Assembly: GCA_965223665.1 (NCBI GenBank)
Contig: OZ245011.1
Coordinates: 1,248,001-1,312,000 of the forward strand
Direction of reading: 5' to 3'
Source of the DNA: Nitrospinaceae bacterium
GTDB taxonomy: Bacteria > Nitrospinota > Nitrospinia > Nitrospinales > Nitrospinaceae
DNA: 64,000 nt
Below the pieces are notes generated by a model. It saw only the letters and a program-made list of their open reading frames with translations. It did no database searches and had not been told where the DNA came from. Each line of letters starts with the position of its first letter. Position 1 is the first letter of the stretch. Below are positions 9,505 through 21,093 of the stretch, in pieces. A program made the translations under genes and the position numbers.

Positions 9505-12500
9505 TTAAGGAACAGTATATGTCACCGAAAGCAAAGGTCGGTTACTGAATCCGGTAACTTCTCTGGAATGAAAACGAATCCCATCGTTGGTTCCTGCAGT
9601 CTGCAAAATAAATCCATTGTTAGTCTTCGTACCATCCACCCAGTCCTGAATCAATTGCACTCCATCCAGATTTAAGGCATAGGTATTAAAACCTGTCGGC
9701 CCTGAGTTCAAAGTTCCAAGTAGAGTGGAACCCACTTCCGAGGCTTCATCAAAGTCTGTCCAATCTGTAGTCGCCTCATCCCAGTTCGTCAGAGCCTCAT
9801 AAAATTCAAAGTCTCCGCTGCTGCCGTTGTACACATTCAACGATATACTCGCAGATTGTATTACCGCTCCTGCTGGAATCTCAGACAAATCCCAAGCTAA
9901 AACAGTTTGCTTTTCTCCTCGTAACGCTGGATTGAACGGATCCGGGGCGTCTCCGTCTACCTGTAAATCTACCAACGTTCCAAAGTTCATCGTAGGAGAA
10001 GTCTCCACAAGTCCTGCATCTCGGGTTCCATCATAAGAGGCATTCGGAAATACTCCATCTTGAAACTCTAAAGTTACCGCACTCGCTCCTGCTTCTACTG
10101 TTATCGATTGAGTCGCCGTCCCCGTATTTCCTGCAGCATCTTCCGCTGTCCAGGTCACTATCGTCGTTCCTACTGGAAATAAATTCCCGGAAGGAGCATC
10201 ATTCGTTATAGAAGTCACTCCCACATTATCCGTAGCAGTTGCCGTTCCTATATCTACAAAAGTGGTCACTCCAGTTGCTGTGACTGTTTCGTCCGCCGGG
10301 GCAGTAACTACGGGAGACTCTGTATCAATTCCACCTGGAACATTGAAAGTGCAAAGGTCGGTTCTGAAAAGTTCCCATCGTTGGTTCCTGCAGTCTGCAA
10401 AATAAATCCAGTCTTCGTACCATCCACCCAGTCCTGAATCAATTGCACTCCATCCAGATTTAAGGCATAGGTATTACCTGTCGGCCCTGAGAGTTGTAAA
10501 GTGGAACCCACTTCCGAGGCTTCATCAAAGTCTGTCCAATCCGTAGTCGCCTCATCCCAGTTCGTCAGAGCCTCATAAAATTCAAAGTCTCCGCTGCTGC
10601 CGTTGTACACATTCAACGATATACTCGCAGATTGTATTACCGCTCCTGCTGGAATCTCAGACAAATCCCAAGCTAAAACAGTTTGCTTTTCTCCTCGTAA
10701 CGCTGGATTGAACGGATCCGGGGCGTCTCCGTCTACCTGTAAATCTACCAACGTTCCAAAGTTCATCGTAGGAGAAGTCTCCACAAGTCCTGCATCTCGG
10801 GTTCCATCATAAGAGGCATTCGGAAATACTCCATCTTGAAACTCTAAAGTTACCGCACTCGCTCCTGCTTCTACTGTTATCGATTGAGTCGCCGTCCCCG
10901 TATTTCCTGCAGCATCTTCCGCTGTCCAGGTCACTATCGTCGTTCCTACTGGAAATAAATTCCCGGAAGGAGCATCATTCGTTATAGAAGTCACTCCCAC
11001 ATTATCCGTAGCAGTTGCCGTTCCTATATCTACAAAAGTGGTCACTCCAGTTGCTGTGACTGTTTCGTCCGCCGGGGCAGTAACTACGGGAGACTCTGTA
11101 TCAATTCCACCTGGAACATTGAAAGTCACCGAAAGCAAAGGTCGGTTACTGAATCCGGTAACTTCTCTGGAATGAAAACGAATCCCATCGTTGGTTCCTG
11201 CAGTCTGCAAAATAAATCCATTGTTAGTCTTCGTACCATCCACCCAGTCCTGAATCAATTGCACTCCATCCAGATTTAAGGCATAGGTATTAAAACCTGT
11301 CGGCCCTGAGTTCAAAGTTCCAAGTAAAGTGGAACCCACTTCCGAGGCTTCATCAAAGTCTGTCCAATCCGTAGTCGCCTCATCCCAGTTCGTCAGAGCC
11401 TCATAAAATTCAAAGTCTCCGCTGCTGCCGTTGTACACATTCAACGATATACTCGCAGATTGTATTACCGCTCCTGCTGGAATCTCAGACAAATCCCAAG
11501 CTAAAACAGTTTGCTTTTCTCCTCGTAACACTGGATTGAACGGATCCGGGGCGTCTCCGTCTACCTGTAAATCTACCAACGTTCCAAAGTTCGTCGTAGG
11601 AGAAGTCTCCACAAGTCCTGCATCTCGGGTTCCATCATAAGAGGCATTCGGAAATACTCCATCTTGAAACTCTAAAGTTACCGCACTCGCTCCTGCTTCT
11701 ACTGTTATCGATTGAGTCGCCGTCCCCGTATTTCCTGCAGCATCTTCCGCTGTCCAGGTCACTATCGTCGTTCCTACTGGAAATAAATTCCCGGAAGGAG
11801 CATCATTCGTTATAGAAGTCACTCCCACATTATCCGTAGCAGTTGCCGTTCCTATATCTACAAAAGTGGTTTCCCCAAGGGAACTAACCGTTTGATTTGC
11901 AGGTGCCGTTACAACCGGTGAGGTGGTATCTCCGACAGTAATATTTTGAATAGCTGAAGATGAGTTTCCATTATTATCGGTTGCGGTCCAGGTCACTTCC
12001 GTCGTTCCTACTGGAAATCCTCCGGCAGGCGCATCATTTGAAATCACTGGTGAAGGATCAATATCATCAACCGCCGTCGCGGTTCCAATAGAAACCGGCG
12101 TTAACGTGCCGGTGGCCTCAACGGTGACATCTCCCGGAATCGTTAGCACTGGAGGCAAGTCAACAATAAAGGAGGCCTCCTCTAACGGGCTCCAGTCATC
12201 TCCGCTTTTAACACGTGCTTTGATGGTTACATTATTTAAAATTTCAACCTGGGTATTGTCGCCACCATTGATCGCGGTCAGCGACACCCCGCCGCCATAC
12301 GCTCTCGGATCGGAACTATCGGTCGTGTAATAAATCGTCGAAGTCACCGCATCATTGGGATTGGAGATATCCAGATTGAATCCGGATTGGACGATACCGC
12401 CTGTGGAATCAAAAATCGGTGCATCCACCTCATAGTCCCAATAGTTATCGAGAAAAGCCAACCGCAGGGTAATCCAATCTTTCATGGCAACAATTTCTCC

Positions 12501-15383
12501 ATGAAGATCATTGATACCATCTGTGTCGCCATCGTACCGAGGACCATAACCGGAAGTGCTTCCCCACCGCGCATCCTCACGAATATAAGCTTCACTGATA
12601 TTAGCTTCCATACCATCAATCATTGCAAAAATATTTGCTTCACTCAAAACGTCCTGTCTGAGTTGTGCCCAACGTTCGCGATACTGAAATTCAAACTCTA
12701 CTCCCGCAAATAACTGCCCCCACCAATCCCAACCGAAGGGATCCACTCCATCACAGCAATTCCAAATCTCCTCAGGGTCATTATCTCTGGAATCCGCTGA
12801 GTTGAGAGTACGATCAAAATCCCAAACCAATCCATTAGATAATTTTCCTCCGCGATCTTTGTAAAAAAAGTTGCTCAATCGGAGAGTATCAGGATCTTTT
12901 GCTAATAATCTAAGTATATGTTGGTCAATCCAGGATAATGTATCTATATATGCCGGGTAACCCGAGGTTGTATCTTCCGGGTTGGGTCCATATAAAGCAT
13001 CCTCAAAATCCTGGATGTAATTTTCAATATAATTTATTTGTTCTGAATTGATATCTTCTAACTTTGGTCGTCTGACATTTACGGTTAGCGAACCCCAGTT
13101 AGGTACATTTCGACTGGTTTTAAAGTTGTATTCATCGCCATCAGGGCGATCTATTGATACGATATAACCTCCTGTGACCCCCGGTTCGGTCGTATCGCCT
13201 GCGGACATTTTTTCAATATCCACGTGATTTTCACCGATTTTAAATTTTGACTCTTGAAACACATATAGCCCGTCATAATCGTCGGAAGAGATCGGTCCGG
13301 TTCCATCGTTAAGATAGACTTCCACAAACCTGGTCTCCGTCTCAAACATCCCTAACTGACCCGACAGCCGATACATCAAAGGATTCGCAACCATACTTCG
13401 GTCATACCGACCGGGAGCATACAACACCCAGTCCGATTCTTCGCCCAAACCCAGTACATCGACGTCAAAATCATCGTCGTTATCGTCCCAGATTTCTACC
13501 TTGTATTGTTTTTTAGGAAACCCGGAAGAACTGCTGCCACGAATACGAATGCCTGCATAACCGGAAAAATTGGGTGCATCGGTAATATTGGCACGCGTTC
13601 CATTCACATCTATAACAGTAATCATAGCAGAGGTGTAATGGTCTGTATTGGATACACCCGTGTTAAACGTATCGATCACGACTATGGGCAGATTGGAATT
13701 GAAGCTTGTGACACTCGAATCCAACTCCGTATAAGTCCCGAATGTAATGCGACCCCCTTTACCATCTCTAAACACTCGCGCACGAATACGTGTGGTATCA
13801 GAAATTGGAATCGGTCCCGTGTAAAGAGAAGAGGATTCCGTCGGCTCACTATTGTCCATCGTGTAGCGAATCACTTCACCCGCTATAAGCGGTCGCTCTG
13901 TATCCAGGGTCAAGGAAAAGTTTGAAGTGAACACACCATTTGGTTGAGAAAATGTCACTAGCGGGCGCGCGGCTTCACTGTTCAATGTCCCCGGGGTGGC
14001 TTGCTCAAGAAACCCAATATTATTCGATGGGGGTGGAAGCTTTTCAAACACCTGCACTTCCGCTAAGTGTAAGAAATTCGTGCCTTCCAGTTGCACCCGA
14101 ACATAACGACCCGAACGGTTCACATCAAAATCGATTTTTCCTACAGCATTGGCGCTACCCGGAAAATGCAAATCCAATACACCTGCCTGCGCCTGCGTCG
14201 TTGCTAAATCCGTTGAAGTGAACGGCGTATCCGAAACAAACACATGAAAATTGTTCAACCGGCTCGAACAACAACTGGTGTTTCCATCAATCCGGTTCCA
14301 GATTGAAATAGTACTTAAATCATGCACAGAACCCAGGTCCACCTGCCACCAGGCCTCCGAATCACTTTGGGTGTGCGAAGCTAAGTGCTCTCCATTACCA
14401 TCGGTGTTCCCATCGATCGCAATACTAGAAAAACGATTGTTAAATAGGGAAGATTGTGTCGCTGTTCCGCTAAGCGCTAAATTCGTTGAACGTGCCTGTG
14501 GAACATCGAACACTTGCAATTCGGCTAATGACAAAGGGTCTGTTCCCTCTATTTGTACTCGTATGTAACGACCCGTGCGGTTCACCTGGAAAAACTCTGA
14601 AGTGTCTGAAGGACCTTGATGAAACAAGTCCAGCACATTCGTTTGAAGTTGAGTGGTGGCCAAATCAGTGGATTCGAATGGTAGATCGGAAACAAGTACG
14701 TGAAAATTTTTCAAACGTTCCATACAACAATCGGTGCGATTCCAAACCTTGATCGCACTCAATTCTTTCACTTCGCCTAAATCCAGCTGCCACCACGCTT
14801 CTGATTCCGAACTGGTGTGTGTCACAGAATTTTGGTTGTAAACTCCATTGGTATTTCCATCAATGGCACGCTCCGGCAAACCACCACTTGCAGTAGAAGA
14901 TTGAGTCGTAGTGCCACCCACAGCGATGTTCACAGGTGCTGAAATTAAACTACCTTCTCGTCCATAAGAAATATCTGTTGATTGGGAGGGATATTCAGGA
15001 GAAAACTCATCGGCGATGGTCACACCATCCGGCATCACTAACGCCAGGTACTCACCACCGGCACTTAAACTAAAATTCGTGTGCAAATTGGGAGAGGTGC
15101 GGTCTTTCTTCGATGCAAAAACAACTAAGTATTCATTGGGATCGATCGTAACTGCTGGAAAGGTCCATTGATCCAATTCCGCAGCATCATCGGTTAAGTG
15201 CCAACCCGTCAAATCAACCGGATTCAAACCGTCATTATATAGCTCCAGCCAATCTTCATCATCTCCATCTTCATCAAATAAGGTGAAATCATTGGAGGCC
15301 ACAAATTCAGAAATAATTACATCCGCGTGAACCGGTGCTATAAAAATAAATAGACCTAGTAATGCAATTAGAAATCTATACAT
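9505..15383 (-). CDS. Giant secreted CotH-kinase protein (lamin-tail, 2x F-type lectin, Fn3-associated, CotH, HYR and 3x HYR+DNRLRE/CBM96-like units); split by a frameshift near 10350-10497
   Basis: ORFs 10308..15416 and 9505..10269 are one repeat protein; signal peptide MYRFLIALL after GGGAGG; VIISEFVASN (LTD); IRGSSS.GFPKKQYKVE and WDFD (CotH). Confidence 0.8.
9521..11870. repeat. Three near-identical intragenic tandem units, period 828 bp (276 aa); middle unit shortened to 776 bp
   Basis: Marker CAAAAGTGGT ends at 11870, 11042 and 10266; near-identical shadow ORFs start at 9827, 10603 and 11431. Confidence 0.95.
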
Positions 15384-16054
15384 CTTCCCCTCCCAAGGAA
15401 TATCCAAATTACTCAAACGGTATAGCCCAACTTTAATTGTTTTGTGTCTACCTGATTTTGAGTAATTCTTTATACTTTAAAAGAAATTATTTTAATACCC
15501 TTTTTTAGCTATAAAGATCATATTGTAAGTAGTTGAAATTTTAGTTACGACTTCTTTACAAATTTGAAAAAGAAAATTTTTTCGGTTCTCGAATAAATTA
15601 TTTTAATCAAATGCAGGTATTTAAATAATTCCACTTTTTGACATCAAAAACTTTTGGAGAGGACATGGAAATTTCATCGGATGCCCGAAGCAATTGGAAC
15701 CAATCTCGACCATCACTCAGAAATCAGATTTTTAGTTAAATCAGGAAGAGGTTTAAGAAAAAGGTAAGAATGGATCCCAAGCTTTTTCAATCGAAGATCT
15801 GGTAGTAAGGAATAAAAGGATCCTGGACTAATACAAAGTTCAAATTTTAATAAATTTGTTGAACTTAAATTCATTAAGATAAAAGGAAAAGTTGATAGTT
15901 ATTGCAAGCCTATTCCCTTCTTTGAAAAAGACGCTCCAATTCCAGAAGCTTTAAGCAGGCAGTAAAAATTAAAATATCTTTGCAAATACTAATATTAATT
16001 TTTTTACAACCCTACTATTTTTGAAAAAAATAATTTAAATCTAATGCTGCAGGA

Positions 16055-17146
16055 TTAAGCAACCTTTTTCTTTTTTCGGTTAGAATTGTTAATTATTAGA
16101 TCTACAATTTCTTTATTCCCTTTTTGCTCAGCGAATCGAATAGGGGTCCAACCTTTATAGGATGTGAGTGGATTTGCTCCATAATCCAAGAGCAATTTTA
16201 CTATCTTAGAATTTTGTAATTTTACAGCTCGCAGCAAAGGAGGATATTTACCATTTGGATAAAGATTGGGATCTGCGTTGTGTTCTAATAATACTTGAAC
16301 ATTTTTGAAATTTTCATTTTTTACAGCAATCAACAGCGGAGTAGAAACATTTTTCATAAATACATTCGGATTAGCACCCTTCTCTAAAAGCATAGAAACC
16401 AATTCATAGTTATTATTAAATGCTGCAGAATAAAGGGTGGGTGCACCTGCAGGATGCTTGTAATTTGGATCTGCTCCTTTGGATAATAAAAACTTTGCAA
16501 AGGAGGTATGGTTCGCACTGGTAGCACAATAGATAGGAACACAACCTTTATTATCAGATTGGTGAATATTGGCTCCGTATTCAACTAATATCTGAGCAAC
16601 TGAGGAATCCTGATGCCATGCTTGATGGGCAGCTTGGTGAAGTGATGTTTGCCCTATAATATTTCTAGCTGAAATATCTGCCCCGTTTTCAATTAAAACT
16701 TTAATAACTTCATTTTGTTTATATTCTGATGCAACAAACAATGGAGTACCATAAGAAATTTGGCGAGCATTAACATTTGCTCCGTTTTTTAAAAGAACCT
16801 TAATCACTTCTATTTTCCCCCTTCGTGCAGCCTCATAGAGAGGGGTTGCCCCTCTACTTTCACGAATATCAACGGGGACGCCACTTTCAATCAGTCTCTG
16901 AACTTCGTTGACATCACCACGTGCTGCGGCACGGTGCAAATCAGACCATCCCTCACCGTCCATTTTTTGCATTCGCTTCTCATGAAATGCTATATCATCT
17001 TCAATTGTTTTGCTGCTATCAAAATCAAAATTAAAATTAAATCTAAACCCTAAGTCTTCCCCAAAAATACCAGCAATCAATGCCCAAGCCAAGATTACCG
17101 GCAAAAAGAATAAATTCGATGCCATACCTTCCTCCAGAACAAACAT
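16055..17146 (-). CDS. Ankyrin-repeat protein with N-terminal membrane anchor
   Basis: About nine G.TPL..AA..G...V..LL..GA.VN repeats; hydrophobic N-terminus. Confidence 0.92.
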   Translation of the reverse strand: MFVLEEGMASNLFFLPVILAWALIAGIFGEDLGFRFNFNFDFDSSKTIEDDIAFHEKRMQKMDGEGWSDLHRAAARGDVNEVQRLIESGVPVDIRESRGATPLYEAARRGKIEVIKVLLKNGANVNARQISYGTPLFVASEYKQNEVIKVLIENGADISARNIIGQTSLHQAAHQAWHQDSSVAQILVEYGANIHQSDNKGCVPIYCATSANHTSFAKFLLSKGADPNYKHPAGAPTLYSAAFNNNYELVSMLLEKGANPNVFMKNVSTPLLIAVKNENFKNVQVLLEHNADPNLYPNGKYPPLLRAVKLQNSKIVKLLLDYGANPLTSYKGWTPIRFAEQKGNKEIVDLIINNSNRKKKKVA

Positions 17147-17312
17147 CCATCATTTTTACCGGGAATTCCAACAGACTATCATATTTACACCGAATTTCAA
17201 TATATCGACTCAAAATTATCTCTAAGCCTGCGTTTAATAGCACATTGATTCCAAACTATATTAATTGCAAACCAAATATGCCTGGGAGAGGTATACGGAG
17301 CGTCAGGTAAGG

Positions 17313-17678
17313 TTATTTTTTCCCGTACAGAGAACCAAGACGGAAAGATTGGGAGTTGACATTATTTTTGTCACTATCCGGTTGGGCTAAAGCGTTTGCC
17401 ACTTCGTCTCGGTAGTTTTTCACTCTGCGATAGAGAGGATGGGTAATATCTAATTTAAGATTGGCCAGAGCAGCACTAAATTTTTCTTTTCCTTCCATTG
17501 CAACCTGGCAAACGATTTCTCCGGATTCGCCATCACGGAAGGCATCAGAAATTGTCAGTGGAGTTTTTTTGTTGGCTACCATTCCCATTTCTCTCATCAA
17601 TTCTATGACAGGACCATTACCATAGGCACGAATGGGTAAATGGGATTTAATTTCCACTAACAAGTTATTTGCTGACAA
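17313..17678 (-). CDS. Hypothetical protein
   Basis: 121-aa ORF with TTG start and GGAG RBS; protein-like composition. Confidence 0.65.
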   Translation of the reverse strand: MSANNLLVEIKSHLPIRAYGNGPVIELMREMGMVANKKTPLTISDAFRDGESGEIVCQVAMEGKEKFSAALANLKLDITHPLYRRVKNYRDEVANALAQPDSDKNNVNSQSFRLGSLYGKK

Positions 17679-17974
17679 ATCGAACTCCAGTTTCCAGGAT
17701 TTTTTAATATTTCATTGTTTATATCACTTCAGCTCTGTATTCAAGACAAGATTTTTAAGATTTTTTTCTTTCTTGAAACTTTTGAATTTTTTAAAATCCT
17801 TTATTATTGGCTAATTCCCAGCAATACAACCATTTCCTAGACAAAAAATAACTGTCAGTTTTTGCTCATATTTATTTAAAATATTGTAAAATAAAAAGAT
17901 AGGCTTACAACTTTGCTCTGGAACCAAAACTTTCCACTAAATTTTGCTATACCAAAAAAGGTATATCTGGGAAA

Positions 17975-18361
17975 ATGAATTTTAAAGTACTGTACGTAGA
18001 GGACAATCTCAATAATTTGGATTTAGTAAAAGCCATATTATCTAAATTAAATAACTTGGAATTCGTCTCTGCCTATCATGCAAAATCGGGTATTGAACTT
18101 GCTTTGAGTGAACAGCCAGACCTTATCTTAATGGATATCAACCTGCCAGACATGGATGGAGTCGACGCCCTAAAACTTTTAAAAAGTTCAGATGAGACCA
18201 AAGAAATTCCTGTAATTGCCTTAAGTGCTAATGCCTTGAAGCAAGACATAAGTAAAGCATTGGAAGCTGGCTTTGATTCTTATATTGTTAAGCCATTAAA
18301 GGTAGAAAAATTTATAAATACGATTGAAGCATATATAAATCAAAAAGAGATGGATTCTTAA
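17975..18361 (+). CDS. Single-domain response regulator (CheY/DivK-like)
   Basis: VEDN, LMDINLPDMDG, LSA and KP all conserved. Confidence 0.93.
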   Translation: MNFKVLYVEDNLNNLDLVKAILSKLNNLEFVSAYHAKSGIELALSEQPDLILMDINLPDMDGVDALKLLKSSDETKEIPVIALSANALKQDISKALEAGFDSYIVKPLKVEKFINTIEAYINQKEMDS

Positions 18362-18510
18362 AATACAATAAACCAAAAAATGTTTTTTGATTAACCAATT
18401 AATGCTCCCTTTATCAACAAGTTTAATAATTCTTTTGCTTAATTAGTAATTCTCAATTTTGTTTTTAGTTTATTGTCAAAATTAAACTTTATTTGACTTA
18501 CCAATCCTAG

Positions 18511-18539
18511 TTGACAATTTTTCAGGGATTTTATATGCT
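18511..18539 (+). promoter_or_regulatory. Putative sigma70 promoter of the T2SS operon
   Basis: TTGACA-N17-TATGCT. Confidence 0.65.
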
Positions 18540-18568
18540 AAGTAATTGATTTTCTTGGATTAATTCAC

Positions 18569-19363
18569 GTGAAAAAGAACCTTGCATTTTTTAATTGGAT
18601 TTTGACTTTCTTCATTATCCTCGGGTTAGCCGGGACATCATATACCTGGATGGTTCCGAACTATCCTTCTCGTATCGATGGGTCGGTACAAATTGCCTCT
18701 CCTCGACAATTGGAAAAACCGGTAGTCACACGAAAGAATATTCCCGCGACTTTCAAAAAACAAATTATAGATGCAAATTTATTCCGCAAGGAAAGAGTTC
18801 AATATTCTCAACCACAAGCTCCTGTGGTTGCAGCTAAAACTAATGAAGAAAGGTTTGAACTGCCGCCACCCAAACTGGCTTTAAAGGGTGTCCTGCTTCT
18901 AGGGGGAACTCAAATAGCTATGATTAATGGAACTTATCCCATTCGCGAAACCAACAATAAAATAACAGACAAACCTGTAAAAAGGCGACCGTATAAAATT
19001 GGCGACAAGATTGGGAATTACAAAATAAAATCCATCAAGAAAACATACGTCACCCTAAGCGCAAAAAGTGGTCAAGACTTGACTTTAAAGGTTTCAAGCC
19101 AAAGCAAGGAAAGCCCTATTCAAAGAGAAGGGACTCAACTTTTTCATAAAGACCCTAGTTCAAGAAATTTTCAAAGAAGAAATATTTCTTCCGATAAACG
19201 TCAGACGAATGCAAGGCCAAACGAACCACGGTCTCCTAGAAACAGACCCGTTCCAAGGGCTTCACGCCCCAGGAAGCCCAAGAGAAATCTGCCTCCTTCT
19301 ACTAATATTTCAGGTGCAAAGGCACCGAATTCTAAAATTGTTGATGCAGATGCAGATGAATAA
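18569..19363 (+). CDS. GspC-like/PilP-like T2SS inner-membrane protein
   Basis: N-terminal TM, NLF motif, LALKGVL...AMI...YKIGDKIGNYKIKSI HR-like domain; first gene of the gsp operon. Confidence 0.6.
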   Translation: MKKNLAFFNWILTFFIILGLAGTSYTWMVPNYPSRIDGSVQIASPRQLEKPVVTRKNIPATFKKQIIDANLFRKERVQYSQPQAPVVAAKTNEERFELPPPKLALKGVLLLGGTQIAMINGTYPIRETNNKITDKPVKRRPYKIGDKIGNYKIKSIKKTYVTLSAKSGQDLTLKVSSQSKESPIQREGTQLFHKDPSSRNFQRRNISSDKRQTNARPNEPRSPRNRPVPRASRPRKPKRNLPPSTNISGAKAPNSKIVDADADE

Positions 19364-19382
19364 TTTTTAGCGAAGAGAATTT

Positions 19383-21080
19383 ATGTTAAAAAAGGTAGAC
19401 CCAATAGAAAACATTCTACTAAGCAGCAAAAAGATCTCCGAAAAGTCTCTCGAGGAATTCAAAAAGAATAGCCTCCAATCAGGGAAATACATGGGAAAAG
19501 CACTTGTGGACCATGGTTACATCCATGTTCAAACTCTTCTCGAAATCTTGAGTCAAAACCTTAAAATTCCACTTTTAAAATCATCCGATTTCCCAAAAGA
19601 TAAAATGCCTGTTGAAGGCTTAGATCTTTCAGACAGTTATCTTAAAGAAAAACTAATACTTCCTCTTCAAGCTGATGAAAACGTTTTAACCATTACCGCA
19701 TATGATCCATTTGATTGGAACACTTTTGAAGATCTAAAACTATCCACTGGAAAAGAACTCATCCTGAATTTAAGTAGCGAAGAAGACATTATGGAAGGGA
19801 TAGAGATGTTTTACGGGGTTGGCGGCTCCGCAATGGATCGCATGGTGGACAACATCAATGAAGAAGAAGGCGTAGATGCAGACTTTGATATTGAGTCCAC
19901 CGAACATATCCGGGACATGGCATCAGAAGCTCCTGTAATTAAACTAGTAAATCATATATTAAATCAAGCCATTGAAATCGGGGCCAGTGACATTCACTTA
20001 GAACCTTTCTCTGATGACATGATCCTACGCTACAGGATTGACGGAATTCTTCATGATTTTGAAGCTCCCCCCAAACGGCTTCAATCAGCCATCATTACCC
20101 GAATTAAAATTATGGCGAAATTAGATATATCAGAAAGACGGCTTCCGCAGGATGGGCGTATCCGAATAAAAACTCAGGGAAAAGATATTGATATCCGGGT
20201 TTCAACTCTTCCTACTTTATACGGCGAAAGCGTTGTTATGCGTATTTTGGATCGAGGGAATATTGTTGTTAATTTAGATTCCCTTGGTTTTCCTGAAAAG
20301 CAATTAGCACAATACCAAAAACTAATCCATAAACCCTATGGGAAAATTTTGGTTACTGGGCCAACAGGAAGTGGAAAAACCACCACACTTTACGGGAGCT
20401 TGGAAAAAATCAATACTCCTGACAAAAAAATTGTAACCATTGAAGATCCTGTTGAATATCAACTCAGAGGTGTGAATCAAATTCATGTTAAATCCTCGAT
20501 AGGATTAACTTTCGCCAACGGGTTGAGGTCCATTGTAAGACAAGATCCAGATGTCATCATGATTGGGGAAATCCGTGATTCTGAAACTGCGGAGATTGCT
20601 ATTCAGGCAGCATTAACGGGACACTTAGTTCTCAGCACAGTTCATACCAATGATGCAGCGGGAGCCATTACTCGGTTACAGGATATGGGAATAGAAAGCT
20701 TTTTAATATCTTCCGCTTTATTAGGAATACTTGCACAACGCTTGGTTCGGGTAATATGCCCTCACTGTAAGACTCAACAAGATATCAGCGGAGAAACCTT
20801 AGCTGAACTGGGAATTAAATCGAGTGGGGACATCCATGCTTATCATGGTACCGGGTGCAAAGAGTGCAATGGAACCGGTTATCGAGGCCGCATGGGAATC
20901 TATGAAATTCTAGTCATAGAGGATCCTATCAGGAATCTAATTCTATCCAAAGCTGGGGCTCAGGAAATTCGAGAAACCGCTAGAGAAAATGGAATGGTAA
21001 TGCTCAGAGAAGATGGAATGGATAAGGTCATCAAAGGCCAAACAACTATTGAAGAAATTATTCGTGTAACACAAAGTTAA
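19383..21080 (+). CDS. gspE: Type II secretion ATPase GspE
   Basis: ASDIHLEP, ERRLPQDGR, GPTGSGKTTT, EDPVE, RQDPDVIMIGEIRD, CPHC..CKEC. Confidence 0.95.
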   Translation: MLKKVDPIENILLSSKKISEKSLEEFKKNSLQSGKYMGKALVDHGYIHVQTLLEILSQNLKIPLLKSSDFPKDKMPVEGLDLSDSYLKEKLILPLQADENVLTITAYDPFDWNTFEDLKLSTGKELILNLSSEEDIMEGIEMFYGVGGSAMDRMVDNINEEEGVDADFDIESTEHIRDMASEAPVIKLVNHILNQAIEIGASDIHLEPFSDDMILRYRIDGILHDFEAPPKRLQSAIITRIKIMAKLDISERRLPQDGRIRIKTQGKDIDIRVSTLPTLYGESVVMRILDRGNIVVNLDSLGFPEKQLAQYQKLIHKPYGKILVTGPTGSGKTTTLYGSLEKINTPDKKIVTIEDPVEYQLRGVNQIHVKSSIGLTFANGLRSIVRQDPDVIMIGEIRDSETAEIAIQAALTGHLVLSTVHTNDAAGAITRLQDMGIESFLISSALLGILAQRLVRVICPHCKTQQDISGETLAELGIKSSGDIHAYHGTGCKECNGTGYRGRMGIYEILVIEDPIRNLILSKAGAQEIRETARENGMVMLREDGMDKVIKGQTTIEEIIRVTQS

Positions 21081-21093
21081 GAAAAATACCTTT

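Noticed and set aside
9505-10269. Separate 254-aa gene
   Set aside because: Begins mid-repeat with no RBS or signal peptide; it is the C-terminus of the frameshifted CotH gene
9827-11640. Three near-identical 69-aa plus-strand ORFs (9827, 10603, 11431)
   Set aside because: Antisense shadows of the tandem repeat in the CotH gene
9521-11870. DGR template/variable repeat or CRISPR-like array
   Set aside because: Long in-frame domain duplications with no spacers, no evident adenine-specific mismatch pattern, and no reverse transcriptase or cas gene in the window
15665-15965. 24-aa ORF (MEISSDAR...) after GGAG, plus downstream open stretches; possible gene remnant
   Set aside because: No recognisable homology; cannot be distinguished from chance
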